This document shows positions 39,220 through 48,698 of a stretch of DNA of 64,000 bases, in pieces. Under the pieces are notes generated by a model. It was not told the DNA's origin. It saw only the letters and a list, made by a program, of their open reading frames with translations, and searched no databases. This stretch comes from Trueperaceae bacterium (lineage in GTDB: Bacteria; Deinococcota; Deinococci; Deinococcales; Trueperaceae), in NCBI GenBank assembly GCA_040905465.1, contig JBBDRK010000049.1:96001-160000 (forward strand), written 5' to 3'. Position 1 is the first letter of the stretch, and each line of letters starts with the position of its first letter. The translations under genes were made by a program, and so were the position numbers.

Positions 39220-40112
39220 CACGCGATCCCCTTCATCGCGCGAGACATTATCCGGTTGAACAGCGTGATCGTCCCGACGGTAACGGCGAACAAGACCATG
39301 GCGAGGGCACTGCCGAGCGGCCAATTGAACAGATCCATCACCGCCTGCACGATCAGGAGAGGAGCGGTGAGAACGTTGTAGCCGCCAAGCAGGGAAGGGA
39401 TAACATAGGCGCTCACGGACAGCACGAATACCAGCACGGTGCCTGCTGCCACGCCCGGCAGGCTGAGGGGCCACACTACCCGCCAGAACGTGGTCCAGGC
39501 CGAGGCGCCGAGACTGCGCGACGCCTTCTCGAGCTCGGGATCGACATCGGAGAGGGCGTTCATGAGCGAGATCACCATGAACGGCATGTAGACGTGGATC
39601 AGGCCTATCCAGACCCCGGTCTGGTTGTACATCAGCTTGCGCGCGCCGATCCCCATCCAGTTCAGGAACTGGTTCACCAATCCGGTGTCGGACAGCAGGA
39701 TCATCCAGCCGTAACTGCGCACCACCACGCCTACCAACAGCGGCGCAAGGACCAGCGCCAGAAGTATGCCTTTCCGTTTGCTCGACGAGCGTGCCATGAA
39801 ATAGGCGACCGGATAACTCAGCGCCAGGGTCGCCGCAGCGGTGACGATGGCGAACCAGAAGGTGAGCCCGATAATCTCCCAGTTGAAGCCGTCGCTGAGG
39901 ACATTGGCGTAGTTGGCGAGGGTGGCGACGTGATAGTACGGCTCGTCGTATGCGCGTGTGAGGAAGCTGATGTAGAGCATGTTGGCGTAAGGCAGAACGA
40001 AGAAGAAGAACAGCATCACCATGCCCGGAAGCAGCAACAACCATGAGCGCCAGTTGCGATCAGGCGCAGCCGGGCGCTGCGGCCGACGGGGCACCGAAGC
40101 GGCGGCGCTCAC
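39219..40112 (-). CDS. ABC permease, PotB-like
   Basis: YPVAY, VVRSYGW, EKASRSLGA, P.LLGG and NWPLGSA. Confidence 0.92.
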   Translation of the reverse strand: MSAAASVPRRPQRPAAPDRNWRSWLLLLPGMVMLFFFFVLPYANMLYISFLTRAYDEPYYHVATLANYANVLSDGFNWEIIGLTFWFAIVTAAATLALSYPVAYFMARSSSKRKGILLALVLAPLLVGVVVRSYGWMILLSDTGLVNQFLNWMGIGARKLMYNQTGVWIGLIHVYMPFMVISLMNALSDVDPELEKASRSLGASAWTTFWRVVWPLSLPGVAAGTVLVFVLSVSAYVIPSLLGGYNVLTAPLLIVQAVMDLFNWPLGSALAMVLFAVTVGTITLFNRIMSRAMKGIA

Positions 40113-41221
40113 ACCGACGGACCGTTTCCGGAAACAGGCTTGGAGCCCACCACCCAGGTCTTGTGCGCCGGGAAACGAAGCTCGACCGGCGAACCGGGCG
40201 GGAACTCCTCGCCGGCAACCGCCTGGACTCGCAGCGACAGCCCGCCCGCGGCCTCCACCTGGTAATCGACGATGCTGCCGAGATAGGCCAGTTCACGCAC
40301 CTGCCCGGTGACGACGGTGAAATCGCCTTCGCGCCGCAATCCCGGCGCGCCGCTGCCTTCGCTCATGGTGAACGCCTCCGGCCGAACGCAAACCAGCACA
40401 TCCTTGCCCGCCCCGAGCTCACTGCCGCCGCGCGCGGCGATCTCGCCCCACTGCGAGGCGATAGTCACGGCTCCGTCCCGGTTGGAAGTGACCTGACCGG
40501 CGATCAGATTGGCGAGCCCGATGAAGTCGGCTACCCGCGCCGAGGCGGGCCGCTCGTAGATCTCCTTGGGGGCGCCGAGCTGGTGCAGCTCGCCATCCAT
40601 CATTACGGCGATGCGGTCCGCCAACACCAGCGCCTCGGACTGGTCGTGTGTCACATAAATAGTGGTGATTCCGAACTCCCGCTGCAACTCACGGATATAG
40701 AAGCGCATCTCTTCGCGCAGCTTGGCGTCGAGGTTGGCCAGCGGTTCGTCCAGGAGAAGCACCGAGGGATTGATAACCAGGGCTCGAGCCAAAGCTGTTC
40801 GCTGCTGTTGGCCGCCCGAGATCTGGCGAGTGTAGCGGTCGCCCAGGCCGTTGAGTTGGACCTTGGCGAGCATGGCTTCGACCCGGCGGGTGACCTCGGA
40901 CGCGTCGACGGCACGCATCTGAAGTCCATAGGCGACATTCTGGGTCACCGTCATATGGGGAAACAGGGCGTAGTTCTGAAAGACCATGCCGACGTTGCGC
41001 CGTTCGGGCGCCAGGTTGGTGACGTCCTGCTCGCCGAAGCGGATTGCGCCGGCGGTCGGGCGTTCAAAGCCCGCCACCATCCGCAGCGTCGTGGTCTTGC
41101 CGCACCCCGAGGGCCCCAGGAAGGCGATCAGCTCGCCCTCCTGGAGATCGAGGCGCATCCTGTCTACAGCGGTGATGGCGCCAAAGCGCTTGGTCACCTC
41201 TTCGATATGGATACTTGCCAC
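40109..41221 (-). CDS. ABC ATP-binding protein, PotA-like (C-terminal TOBE)
   Basis: [32 protein letters not shown] and YVTHDQ.EA. Confidence 0.95.
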   Translation of the reverse strand: MASIHIEEVTKRFGAITAVDRMRLDLQEGELIAFLGPSGCGKTTTLRMVAGFERPTAGAIRFGEQDVTNLAPERRNVGMVFQNYALFPHMTVTQNVAYGLQMRAVDASEVTRRVEAMLAKVQLNGLGDRYTRQISGGQQQRTALARALVINPSVLLLDEPLANLDAKLREEMRFYIRELQREFGITTIYVTHDQSEALVLADRIAVMMDGELHQLGAPKEIYERPASARVADFIGLANLIAGQVTSNRDGAVTIASQWGEIAARGGSELGAGKDVLVCVRPEAFTMSEGSGAPGLRREGDFTVVTGQVRELAYLGSIVDYQVEAAGGLSLRVQAVAGEEFPPGSPVELRFPAHKTWVVGSKPVSGNGPSV

Positions 41222-41228
41222 CGTAGCT

Positions 41229-42290
41229 TCAGTTCCCCCTGATTTCACGGTTCCAGCGGTTCACCATGTCCTCGCGGGGGCCGGCGTTGAGCCACAACCA
41301 GTCCCACTGGTGGATCTGATCGACCTCGGCGGCGGTTACCGGGATGAGGTTGGCGAGCTCACCCTCGATGGCTACCTCGGTGTTGGCCGGGGTGACGTAG
41401 TAGTTCTCGGCCCATACCTGTTGGGTCTCGGTGTCCAGCATGTAGTCGATGAACGCGAAAGCCAGGTCCTCGACGTCCGTGCCGGCGGTGACGTTCATGT
41501 TCTGTTCGAACATGAAGAGGCCTTCGGAGGGGATCACGAATTCGAGCGGCACCCCTTGCAGCTTCAGGCGAGCCACGGCGGCGGCGTCGAGGATTCCCAG
41601 GTGGACTTCGCCTTGCACGAGAAGGTTCTCCATGTCACCGGAGAAGTCGGTCTGCTTGAACGGACGAAGTTCCTGGAGCAGGTCGAAGCCAACGTCGTAG
41701 TTCTTGGGGTCGCCGGTCTGTATTTCCGCGAGCATCATAAGGAACATCGGAGCGGCCGAGTTGGCGATGTTGTAGATGCCGACATTGCCGCGGTATTCCT
41801 CGTTCCAGAGGTCCATCCAGGACTCCGGCGGGTTCTCGACCAGGTCGGTGCGGTAAGCGATCCCCAGCGGCTGCAGCAGGCCGAGCACGCCGATGTCGTC
41901 CGGAAGCCGGAGTGCGGGATGCACCTTTTCGAGGTTGGGCACCTTCTCCTCGTTGAGCGGAACGAAGCGGTTCTCCAGGCGGCCGGAGCTGATCCAGGTC
42001 TCGTTGGCGATCACCACGTCGTAGGGCGGGTTGGTTCGACCGGCGGCACGAAGGTTCGCCATCCAGTCACGGGAGAGACCGGTGGCCAGCTCGACGGTTG
42101 CGCCGGTTTCCTCCTCGAACGGGGGGAGGATAGTGTCGTTCAGGAACTCCTGCCAGCTGCCGCCGTAACTGGTGACAACCAGCGTCTGGCCCTGGAATGG
42201 TTTGTCCTGCGCCAGAGCGCTGCCGGCCAGCCCGAACAGAGCGATGGTTGTGGCGAAGGCGAGGTTCTTCACGAGCGATTTCGGGTGCAT
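41229..42290 (-). CDS. ABC substrate-binding protein, PotD/AfuA-like
   Basis: Signal peptide; LVVTSYGG, PESW.DLW and P.EG; AAGGAG RBS. Confidence 0.9.
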   Translation of the reverse strand: MHPKSLVKNLAFATTIALFGLAGSALAQDKPFQGQTLVVTSYGGSWQEFLNDTILPPFEEETGATVELATGLSRDWMANLRAAGRTNPPYDVVIANETWISSGRLENRFVPLNEEKVPNLEKVHPALRLPDDIGVLGLLQPLGIAYRTDLVENPPESWMDLWNEEYRGNVGIYNIANSAAPMFLMMLAEIQTGDPKNYDVGFDLLQELRPFKQTDFSGDMENLLVQGEVHLGILDAAAVARLKLQGVPLEFVIPSEGLFMFEQNMNVTAGTDVEDLAFAFIDYMLDTETQQVWAENYYVTPANTEVAIEGELANLIPVTAAEVDQIHQWDWLWLNAGPREDMVNRWNREIRGN

Positions 42291-42376
42291 GCGTTCTCCT
42301 TTGGGGTAATTGCGAATGAAGCCACTTACTTGACGTCCTGCGGTCTACTCCTTCCTGGCATCGAGCCCGAATCGGC

Positions 42377-43213
42377 TCAATCTGCCATGCGACGGTCTGG
42401 CTGTTGCCCTCGACCGAACCGTCGAGCGAGGGAATCTGCGGCGTGCTGCAGCGAGGGCAGCATCGTGAGGGCGCGCTCCCGATCGAATCGATAGGCGGGG
42501 GCTCCGATGGATAGGCCGGCCAATACGCGGCCATCGGCGCCGCGAACCGGCACACCGATTGCGGCTGCGCCGGGGGTGAGCTGGGAGGAGGTGTAGGCGA
42601 AGCCGGCGCGGGCGACCGAACGCATCTCCTGCTTCGCCTGCGCCCGAAGCTCCGGCTGGACCACGGTGCGCGCCAGGATCGACGACCGCTCCGCGTCCTC
42701 CAGAAACGCGAGCACCACCGAGTTCGAGGCCCCGAGGTGGAGCGGGCTGGCAGTCCCAACATCGATGAGCAGTCGCACCTCCTGAGGGGTGTTGACGCGG
42801 GCGATGCAGAGCGCATGCAGACCGTCCCGAACCATCATGAACGCGGTCTCGCCGGTCCTGTCGACCAGGTCCTGAAGGATGGGCTGGGCGGCGGCGGCCA
42901 GCGCATCGAAGTCTCGCGAGCGCCGGGCCAAGGTCCACAGTCGAAAGCCGAGATGGTATCGCGAGTCACTCGGGTCCTGATCGATGAACTGCATCGACTT
43001 GAGAGTGCCGAGCAGCCGGTGCACAGTACTTTTGGGCATTCCCAGGTGGCCGGCCAGGTCTTGCAACGCCCAGTGGGAGCGCTGCTCGAAGGCGGTCAGC
43101 ACGTATAGCACCTTCTCGGCCGCGGAGGCGCTGGAGGCGTCCCGCGGAGTTCGGTCGCCCGTGTCCAGCGACGTCGCGCCGGTTCCGCCTGATAGAACCT
43201 CAATTCCATTCAT
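42377..43213 (-). CDS. IclR family transcriptional regulator
   Basis: LGMPKSTVHRLL.TL, Y.LG, TGET, PLH.GAS and AIGVPV. Confidence 0.93.
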   Translation of the reverse strand: MNGIEVLSGGTGATSLDTGDRTPRDASSASAAEKVLYVLTAFEQRSHWALQDLAGHLGMPKSTVHRLLGTLKSMQFIDQDPSDSRYHLGFRLWTLARRSRDFDALAAAAQPILQDLVDRTGETAFMMVRDGLHALCIARVNTPQEVRLLIDVGTASPLHLGASNSVVLAFLEDAERSSILARTVVQPELRAQAKQEMRSVARAGFAYTSSQLTPGAAAIGVPVRGADGRVLAGLSIGAPAYRFDRERALTMLPSLQHAADSLARRFGRGQQPDRRMAD

Positions 43214-43221
43214 GTGGTTGC

Positions 43222-43250
43222 ACGATAATGCGTAGCGGTAGCGCTGTCAA
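43222..43250 (-). promoter_or_regulatory. Sigma70 promoter TTGACA-17 bp-TATCGT directly upstream of the IclR ATG
   Basis: -35 at 43250-43245 and -10 at 43227-43222; the ATG is at 43213. Confidence 0.65.
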
Positions 43251-43301
43251 CTCAGCTGTCGCGGCCGGTCGGGTCATCGAGACGCAGTACCACGCGGTAC
43301 T

Positions 43302-44465
43302 TCAGTGTGACTGGACCACCTGTTCGAGAACGTCCGGGTCGGACATCAGGTCGGCTGCTATCGACGCCAGTATCCGTGCCCCATCCAGAACGGTGCGATC
43401 TCCACGAGCACTTCGGGCAGCTTCACGGAAAGCCTCCGTGTGCGGCAGCGCGGTGTCGTCGATGGCCAGCATCGCGTGGAGAGAAGGTAGTTGCTGGGAC
43501 ACGTTGCCCATGTCCGTAGATCCGGCCGCGTCACTCTGACTCCACGACGAAACCTTGCGGCCGACCCTGGCGGAATGCGCCTCGAACCGTGACGCGAGAG
43601 CGGTGTTGGTGCGCAACTCTCGATAAGCGGGTGAGGCATCGGCGACCTCGACGGTGGCGCCCGTCATCAACGCGGCGCCCTCGACCACGTTTCGCAGGCG
43701 CGGAGCCAGATCGTCGAAGAGATAGGCGCCGTCCGAGGCCCGTCCCACCAGCAGCATCTCGGCCCGCTCGGGGATGATGTTCGCTGCGTCGCCTCCGTGG
43801 GTGACGATGGCATGCATTCGCACGTCGGGCCGGACCTGCTGGCGGAGCGCGTCGAGGCCGCTGAACGCCAGGCGGACGGCGTCCAACGCGTTCACACCCA
43901 GGTGTGGCGCCAGCGCGGCATGCGCCGGCTTTCCGCGAAATCGGACGTGCCACTTGAAACTGGCGAGCATGGCGATTCCCGACTGGTCCAGGTGGTACGG
44001 ATGAATCATCATCGCGGCGTCGACGTCGTCGAAGACGCCCGCTTCAATCAGGATCGCCTTGCCGCCGCCGCCCTCTTCGGCGGGCGTTCCGATTACCAGT
44101 AACTTGCCGGGCAGCTTACCCATCAACGGAGCAAGTGCGAGACCTGCGCCGATCGCCGCGGTGGCGATGATGTTGTGACCGCAGCCGTGTCCCAGGCCCT
44201 CCAGTGCGTCGTACTCCGCGAGCACCGCCACCGTGGGTCCAGCTCCCGTGCCCGGCAACTCCGCTCGAAAGGCCGTGGCCAGGCCGCCGACTCCTCGCTC
44301 GAGCTGGAAACCTGCCTCTTCGAGCGTGCCGGCAAGGACCGAGCTCGCCTGAATCTCCTGGAACCTGATCTCCGGATTCGCGTGAATTCGGTGGCTCAGC
44401 TCGAGCAGTTCCGCTTCTCGAGCGGCGACAAAGGTATCGATGGCGGCATAGCCTTCGTTTGTCAC
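43302..44465 (-). CDS. M20 family amidohydrolase (AbgB/PM20D2-like)
   Basis: H..PE..FQE, EYDAL..GHGCGHN, GTPAEEGGGGK, HP, AHA..P..G.NALDA, GSTDMGNVS and HT; GGAGGAG RBS before GTG 44465. Confidence 0.92.
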   Translation of the reverse strand: MTNEGYAAIDTFVAAREAELLELSHRIHANPEIRFQEIQASSVLAGTLEEAGFQLERGVGGLATAFRAELPGTGAGPTVAVLAEYDALEGLGHGCGHNIIATAAIGAGLALAPLMGKLPGKLLVIGTPAEEGGGGKAILIEAGVFDDVDAAMMIHPYHLDQSGIAMLASFKWHVRFRGKPAHAALAPHLGVNALDAVRLAFSGLDALRQQVRPDVRMHAIVTHGGDAANIIPERAEMLLVGRASDGAYLFDDLAPRLRNVVEGAALMTGATVEVADASPAYRELRTNTALASRFEAHSARVGRKVSSWSQSDAAGSTDMGNVSQQLPSLHAMLAIDDTALPHTEAFREAARSARGDRTVLDGARILASIAADLMSDPDVLEQVVQSH

Positions 44466-44601
44466 GATGTTCTCCTCCGGTTCACCACCGCTCGATACGG
44501 CAGATGTGGCGTCAGCGATAGCGGGTAGGATAATGCATGCCGAGCACTCCAGCGCCATTCGCCCCGCGGGCTTCCTGCGCATGCGGCGGACGCGGTCGCT
44601 G

Positions 44602-45858
44602 ATGAAAAGAACTCGAAGCGACGGAACTACAACCGTCACCGCCACACTCCCGGCATCCACTAATCGAGCGCGCTACCGCGCCTTCAGGGGCGAGCGCCTC
44701 ACCGCCTACCTGTTCATACTGCCGGCGGTCTTCCTGATCGCCATCTTCGGCATCTTCCCGATCGGCTATACGTTCTACATGAGCCTCTATCGCTGGCGGA
44801 TTCGCAAGGGGTCGTTCATCGGCTTCGACCATTACAGCGATCTGGTGGGCAACTGGGCGGCGGCGCTGGCGTTCATGGTGGGCTTGGCGGCCTTGCTGGT
44901 GGCTCACTGGCTGTGGACGAGCGCTTTCGCCCGCGAAGGATGGCGTCGCTGGCGCAGGTTGGCCGTCTCGCTCACGCTAATGGCGGCCGGCGTGTCGATC
45001 GCCCTTGGCTGGCGCACGATGATGGCCCTGGGAGACGACGAGTTCCTCGGATCCCTGGTGGTAACGCTCTACTATGCGCTCGGCACGGTACCTGTTCAGA
45101 TCGCGCTGGCGCTCGTACTGGCAACCTTGCTGTTTCAGAAAATCCGCGGGAAGGAGGGGTTCCGAATGATCTACTTCCTCCCTTACGTCACGCCGCAGGT
45201 GGCCGCCGCAGTGGTGTTCGCGCAGATCTTCAGCCCCAGAGGCAGCAGCCTGGCGCCCGGCAGCAACAGCGTCGCCAATCAGGTGCTCGCCTGGTTTCGC
45301 ATCGAACCGCAACGGTGGCTGTTCGAGCCGCGACCCCTCACCGAACTACTGTTCGGCGATCAGATCGCGGTTTTCAACGGCTGGCTCGCCGACTCGGGAG
45401 TCGCATGGCAACTGGGCGGACTGTGGCTGGGACCCAGCCTGGCCCTGGTGAGCATCATTCTGTTCGGCGTCTGGACCTACACGGGGCTGAACGTGGTGAT
45501 TTTCCTGGCCGGCCTGGGCGGCATTCCGGTGGAGCTGTATGAGGCCGCCGAGATCGACGGAGCCAATTCACGGCAACGCTTCTGGAGCATCACGATTCCG
45601 CTTCTCTCGCCGGTGACCTACTACCTCACGCTGCTGGGCTTCATCGGCACATTGCAGGCTTTCAGCCAACTGTACGTGATGCGCTCGCCGTTCGCCCGAG
45701 GGACGGTCGATACCGCCAGCATCATGATCTTCGACACCTTCTACAAATCGAACAACTTCAGCCTGGCGGCGGCTCAGTCGTTCCTGCTCTTCTTCGTAAT
45801 CCTGTTCGTGACCATCACCCAACAGCGGGTGATGGGGCGCAAGGTGTTCTATGGCTAG
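44602..45858 (+). CDS. Carbohydrate ABC permease (UgpA/MalF-type) with extra transmembrane insert; start uncertain
   Basis: AYLFILPA, FLPYVTP and ELYEAAEIDGA..RF..ITIPLLSP. Confidence 0.88.
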   Translation: MKRTRSDGTTTVTATLPASTNRARYRAFRGERLTAYLFILPAVFLIAIFGIFPIGYTFYMSLYRWRIRKGSFIGFDHYSDLVGNWAAALAFMVGLAALLVAHWLWTSAFAREGWRRWRRLAVSLTLMAAGVSIALGWRTMMALGDDEFLGSLVVTLYYALGTVPVQIALALVLATLLFQKIRGKEGFRMIYFLPYVTPQVAAAVVFAQIFSPRGSSLAPGSNSVANQVLAWFRIEPQRWLFEPRPLTELLFGDQIAVFNGWLADSGVAWQLGGLWLGPSLALVSIILFGVWTYTGLNVVIFLAGLGGIPVELYEAAEIDGANSRQRFWSITIPLLSPVTYYLTLLGFIGTLQAFSQLYVMRSPFARGTVDTASIMIFDTFYKSNNFSLAAAQSFLLFFVILFVTITQQRVMGRKVFYG

Positions 45859-46720
45859 GGCGCTTGGCGGAGGAGCCTCCGGCCTGGGCTTCAGGCTCCG
45901 TCACCTACCGGTGTATTTCGTGCTGTTGCTCGGTGCGGTCGTCGCCATAACTCCCTTCTTCTACATGCTGTCGACATCTTTCATGACGCTCGGCGAGGCG
46001 ATCAACCGGCAGTGGCTGCCGGCACAACCGCAGGTCGTGAACTTTGAACGCGCCTGGAACGAGGCCGACTTCGCCCGTTATTTCATGAACAGCGTGATCA
46101 TCACCGCCACAACCATCGCCGGACTGCTGATTACCTCCACCCTTGCGGCCTACGCCTTCGCACGCATCCGCTTCCCTGCTCGCGACCTGATCTTCACGAT
46201 CTTGCTGGCCACGCTGATGATCCCTGAAACGGTCACGTTCATCCCCCAGTACCTGATAATCCGCGGCGACGTCTTCCCACTACCCGGCGGCTCTTGGATC
46301 AATACCCTGCAGGCGCTCACCGTGCCGTTCATGGCCAATGCGGTGAGCATCTTCCTGTTGCGCCAGTTCTTCGCGCGCATCCCGTTCGACCTGTGGGACG
46401 CCGCCCGTATGGATGGCGCCGGACATCTGCGCTTCCTGGTGGCGGTGGTGGTGCCGATGAGCAAGCCGGTGATGCTCACCGTCACCCTGCTCGCTTTCAT
46501 CACCTCCTGGAACGCCTTCCTGTGGCCGATCCTGGTGACCAACAACCCGACCTGGCGACCGCTGATGGTGGGCCTCTACAACTTCATGGGCGAGGCAGGG
46601 CCGGAGACGCACCTGCTGATGGCTGGCGCCATGATCACAATCGTGCCGGTGCTGGTGCTCTACTTCATCGCCCAGAAACAGTTCACCGAGGGGATCGCTA
46701 CCTCCGGGCTGAAGGGCTGA
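45851..46720 (+). CDS. Carbohydrate ABC permease (UgpE/MalG-type)
   Basis: AYAFAR..F, IFLLRQFF, DAARMDGA and WNAFLWP. Confidence 0.93.
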   Translation: MARALGGGASGLGFRLRHLPVYFVLLLGAVVAITPFFYMLSTSFMTLGEAINRQWLPAQPQVVNFERAWNEADFARYFMNSVIITATTIAGLLITSTLAAYAFARIRFPARDLIFTILLATLMIPETVTFIPQYLIIRGDVFPLPGGSWINTLQALTVPFMANAVSIFLLRQFFARIPFDLWDAARMDGAGHLRFLVAVVVPMSKPVMLTVTLLAFITSWNAFLWPILVTNNPTWRPLMVGLYNFMGEAGPETHLLMAGAMITIVPVLVLYFIAQKQFTEGIATSGLKG

Positions 46721-46928
46721 GCGTCAGCTCGCCGACGATCCCTCGGAAGGCCAACTCCAGTTTCCTGTGCGCCTCGTCGAAGCGCTCCCCGCGCCAGTCC
46801 GGTGGCGACACTCCGCCGAGGTCTTCGCCGGCGGCCCGAAATGCGGGCGGGCGCCACGAATCTGACAGTTCCCTGACCTCCAGCCGGTAGAGTGAGGGGA
46901 ACTACTCGCAAGCTTGAAGGGAGAGGGA

Positions 46929-48254
46929 ATGAAGCGATTGAGGTGGATGCTGGGTCTGCTGGTTGCACTATCGCTCACGGCGGCAGTGGCCCAAGGCAAC
47001 CGATACGAGAACGTCGATCCGAGCGGCCAGGAAGTGGTGTTCTGGCACGTTCACAGCGGTCCGAACGGCGAACTGCTGGAATCGATAGTCCAGGACTTCA
47101 ACGAGACGAACGAGTACGGCATCACCGTGGTGGCCGAGCATCAGGGCAGCTATCCGGACATCTTCCAGAAGATTCTGCCGATCCTCGGCAGCGACGACAT
47201 GCCCAACTTGCTCATCGCCTACCAGAACCAGGCCGCCACCTATCAGTTGGCGGATGCCCTGGTCGACATGCGGCCGTTGGTGGAGAGCGACCAGTGGGGC
47301 TTCGGCGAAGCCCGAGCCGACTTCTTCGAGGGCTTCGTGCAGTCGGACGTGTTCCCCAGCTTCGGTGGCGCTCAGCTTGGTTGGCCGCCGAACCGTTCTA
47401 TGGAGGTCCTCTTCTACAACCAGCAGTGGCTCGAGGAGCTGGGCTTCGACAAGGCTCCCACCACGCCGGAAGAGTTTCGGGAAGTGACCTGCGCTGCCTC
47501 ACAGAACCCGTTCAGCGAGGCGGCCGGCCAGGGGGCGATAGGCTTCGAGATGACCGTCGGCGCCAGCACCTTCGCCTCCATGGTCTTCGCCTTCGGCGGC
47601 AACGTCTACGACACGGAGAACAACCGCTACACCTACGACAGCCCTGAGGCGATCGAAGCGATGACCTTCGTGCAGGGCCTGATCGAGGACGGCTGCGCCG
47701 CCATCGAGACCGAACGCTACGGCGCTCAGGCGAACTTCGGGGTCGGTACCACCTTCTCCACCACCGGCTCCTCGGTGGGCATTCCCTACTACGAGCGGGC
47801 GGTAGAGGCGGGAGCTCAGTTCGAGTTCGACGTTGCAGCGATGCCGCACGCCACCCCGAATCCGGTGATGAACGTCTACGGCCCCTCGATCAGCATGGCC
47901 GACGTTGGCGGTCCCGAGGCGCACGTGGCCTCGTGGCTGTTCATCAAGCACCTGAGCACGCCCGAGGCGCAGGCCGAGTGGGCCCGCTTCACCAACTACT
48001 TCCCGGTGCGTGAGAGCGTTGCCCGCGAGCTGGACGAGTACTTCACCGCCAATCCCAAGTTCGAGACGGCCTTCGAGCTGCTGCCGTACGGGGTAGCCGA
48101 GCCGGCCACCCCCGGCTACGACTTCGTACGCGACCTGGTCGGCGACGCCATGGCCGCGATGTTCACCGGCGAGGACGTCGCCGAGACCTTGGCCGACCTG
48201 AACGAAGAGGCGAACGAGATCCTGCAGGACCAGCTCGCCGAGATGCAGAACTAA
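46929..48254 (+). CDS. ABC substrate-binding protein, UgpB-like
   Basis: Signal peptide; FWH, QGSY, P.NRS..LFYN, AP.T.EE and T.Y.PVR. Confidence 0.88.
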   Translation: MKRLRWMLGLLVALSLTAAVAQGNRYENVDPSGQEVVFWHVHSGPNGELLESIVQDFNETNEYGITVVAEHQGSYPDIFQKILPILGSDDMPNLLIAYQNQAATYQLADALVDMRPLVESDQWGFGEARADFFEGFVQSDVFPSFGGAQLGWPPNRSMEVLFYNQQWLEELGFDKAPTTPEEFREVTCAASQNPFSEAAGQGAIGFEMTVGASTFASMVFAFGGNVYDTENNRYTYDSPEAIEAMTFVQGLIEDGCAAIETERYGAQANFGVGTTFSTTGSSVGIPYYERAVEAGAQFEFDVAAMPHATPNPVMNVYGPSISMADVGGPEAHVASWLFIKHLSTPEAQAEWARFTNYFPVRESVARELDEYFTANPKFETAFELLPYGVAEPATPGYDFVRDLVGDAMAAMFTGEDVAETLADLNEEANEILQDQLAEMQN

Positions 48255-48255
48255 C

Positions 48256-48283
48256 AGGCGCAGACTCAAAGGCGCAGACTCAA
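48256..48283. repeat. Perfect 14-bp tandem duplication (AGGCGCAGACTCAA x2)
   Basis: Read directly, immediately after the stop codon of the binding-protein gene. Confidence 0.85.
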
Positions 48284-48461
48284 AGGGCTTGCAAGCCTGC
48301 GTCGAGCCGCAAGCCAACCGGTGTGCCGCGAGTTCGGCCCACCGGTTTTCGTCTGTCGCGTTCGATCGAATCAGGTCCAGCGCACCGCCAGACCGCAGCG
48401 GAAACCGCACCTGAGGTAGCCCTCTACCGCCGCACGTCCCGACGGTGTCGGCCGGACCCGG

Positions 48462-48620
48462 CTACAACGCCACCAGCACGATGAGCAGGACCACCACTGC
48501 CGCCAGCAGCAAGTAGAACAGGATCTTCGCCGCTCCCGCAGCCACACTGGCGACTCCGGTGAAACCGAGGGCGCCGGCGATGACCGCGACGATTGCGAGT
48601 CCGATAATCCATCCGAGCAT
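48462..48620 (-). CDS. DUF1328 (YtjA-like) small membrane protein, 52 aa
   Basis: My translation: MLGWIIGLAIVAVIAGALGFTGVASVAAGAAKILFYLLLAAVVVLLIVLVAL*; GGAGGGG RBS. Below the ORF-track length cutoff. Confidence 0.85.
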   Translation of the reverse strand: MLGWIIGLAIVAVIAGALGFTGVASVAAGAAKILFYLLLAAVVVLLIVLVAL

Positions 48621-48698
48621 TGCACCCCTCCTGCAGCTACGGTAGACCGGTACGCCCGTACCGTTTGTGCCCGGTCATCCGCTGCGAGGGGCAAGCGC

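Noticed and set aside
39220-40044. 541-aa fused permease
   Set aside because: Off-frame overlap with the PotB-like gene; the true start is the TGATG overlap at 39219.
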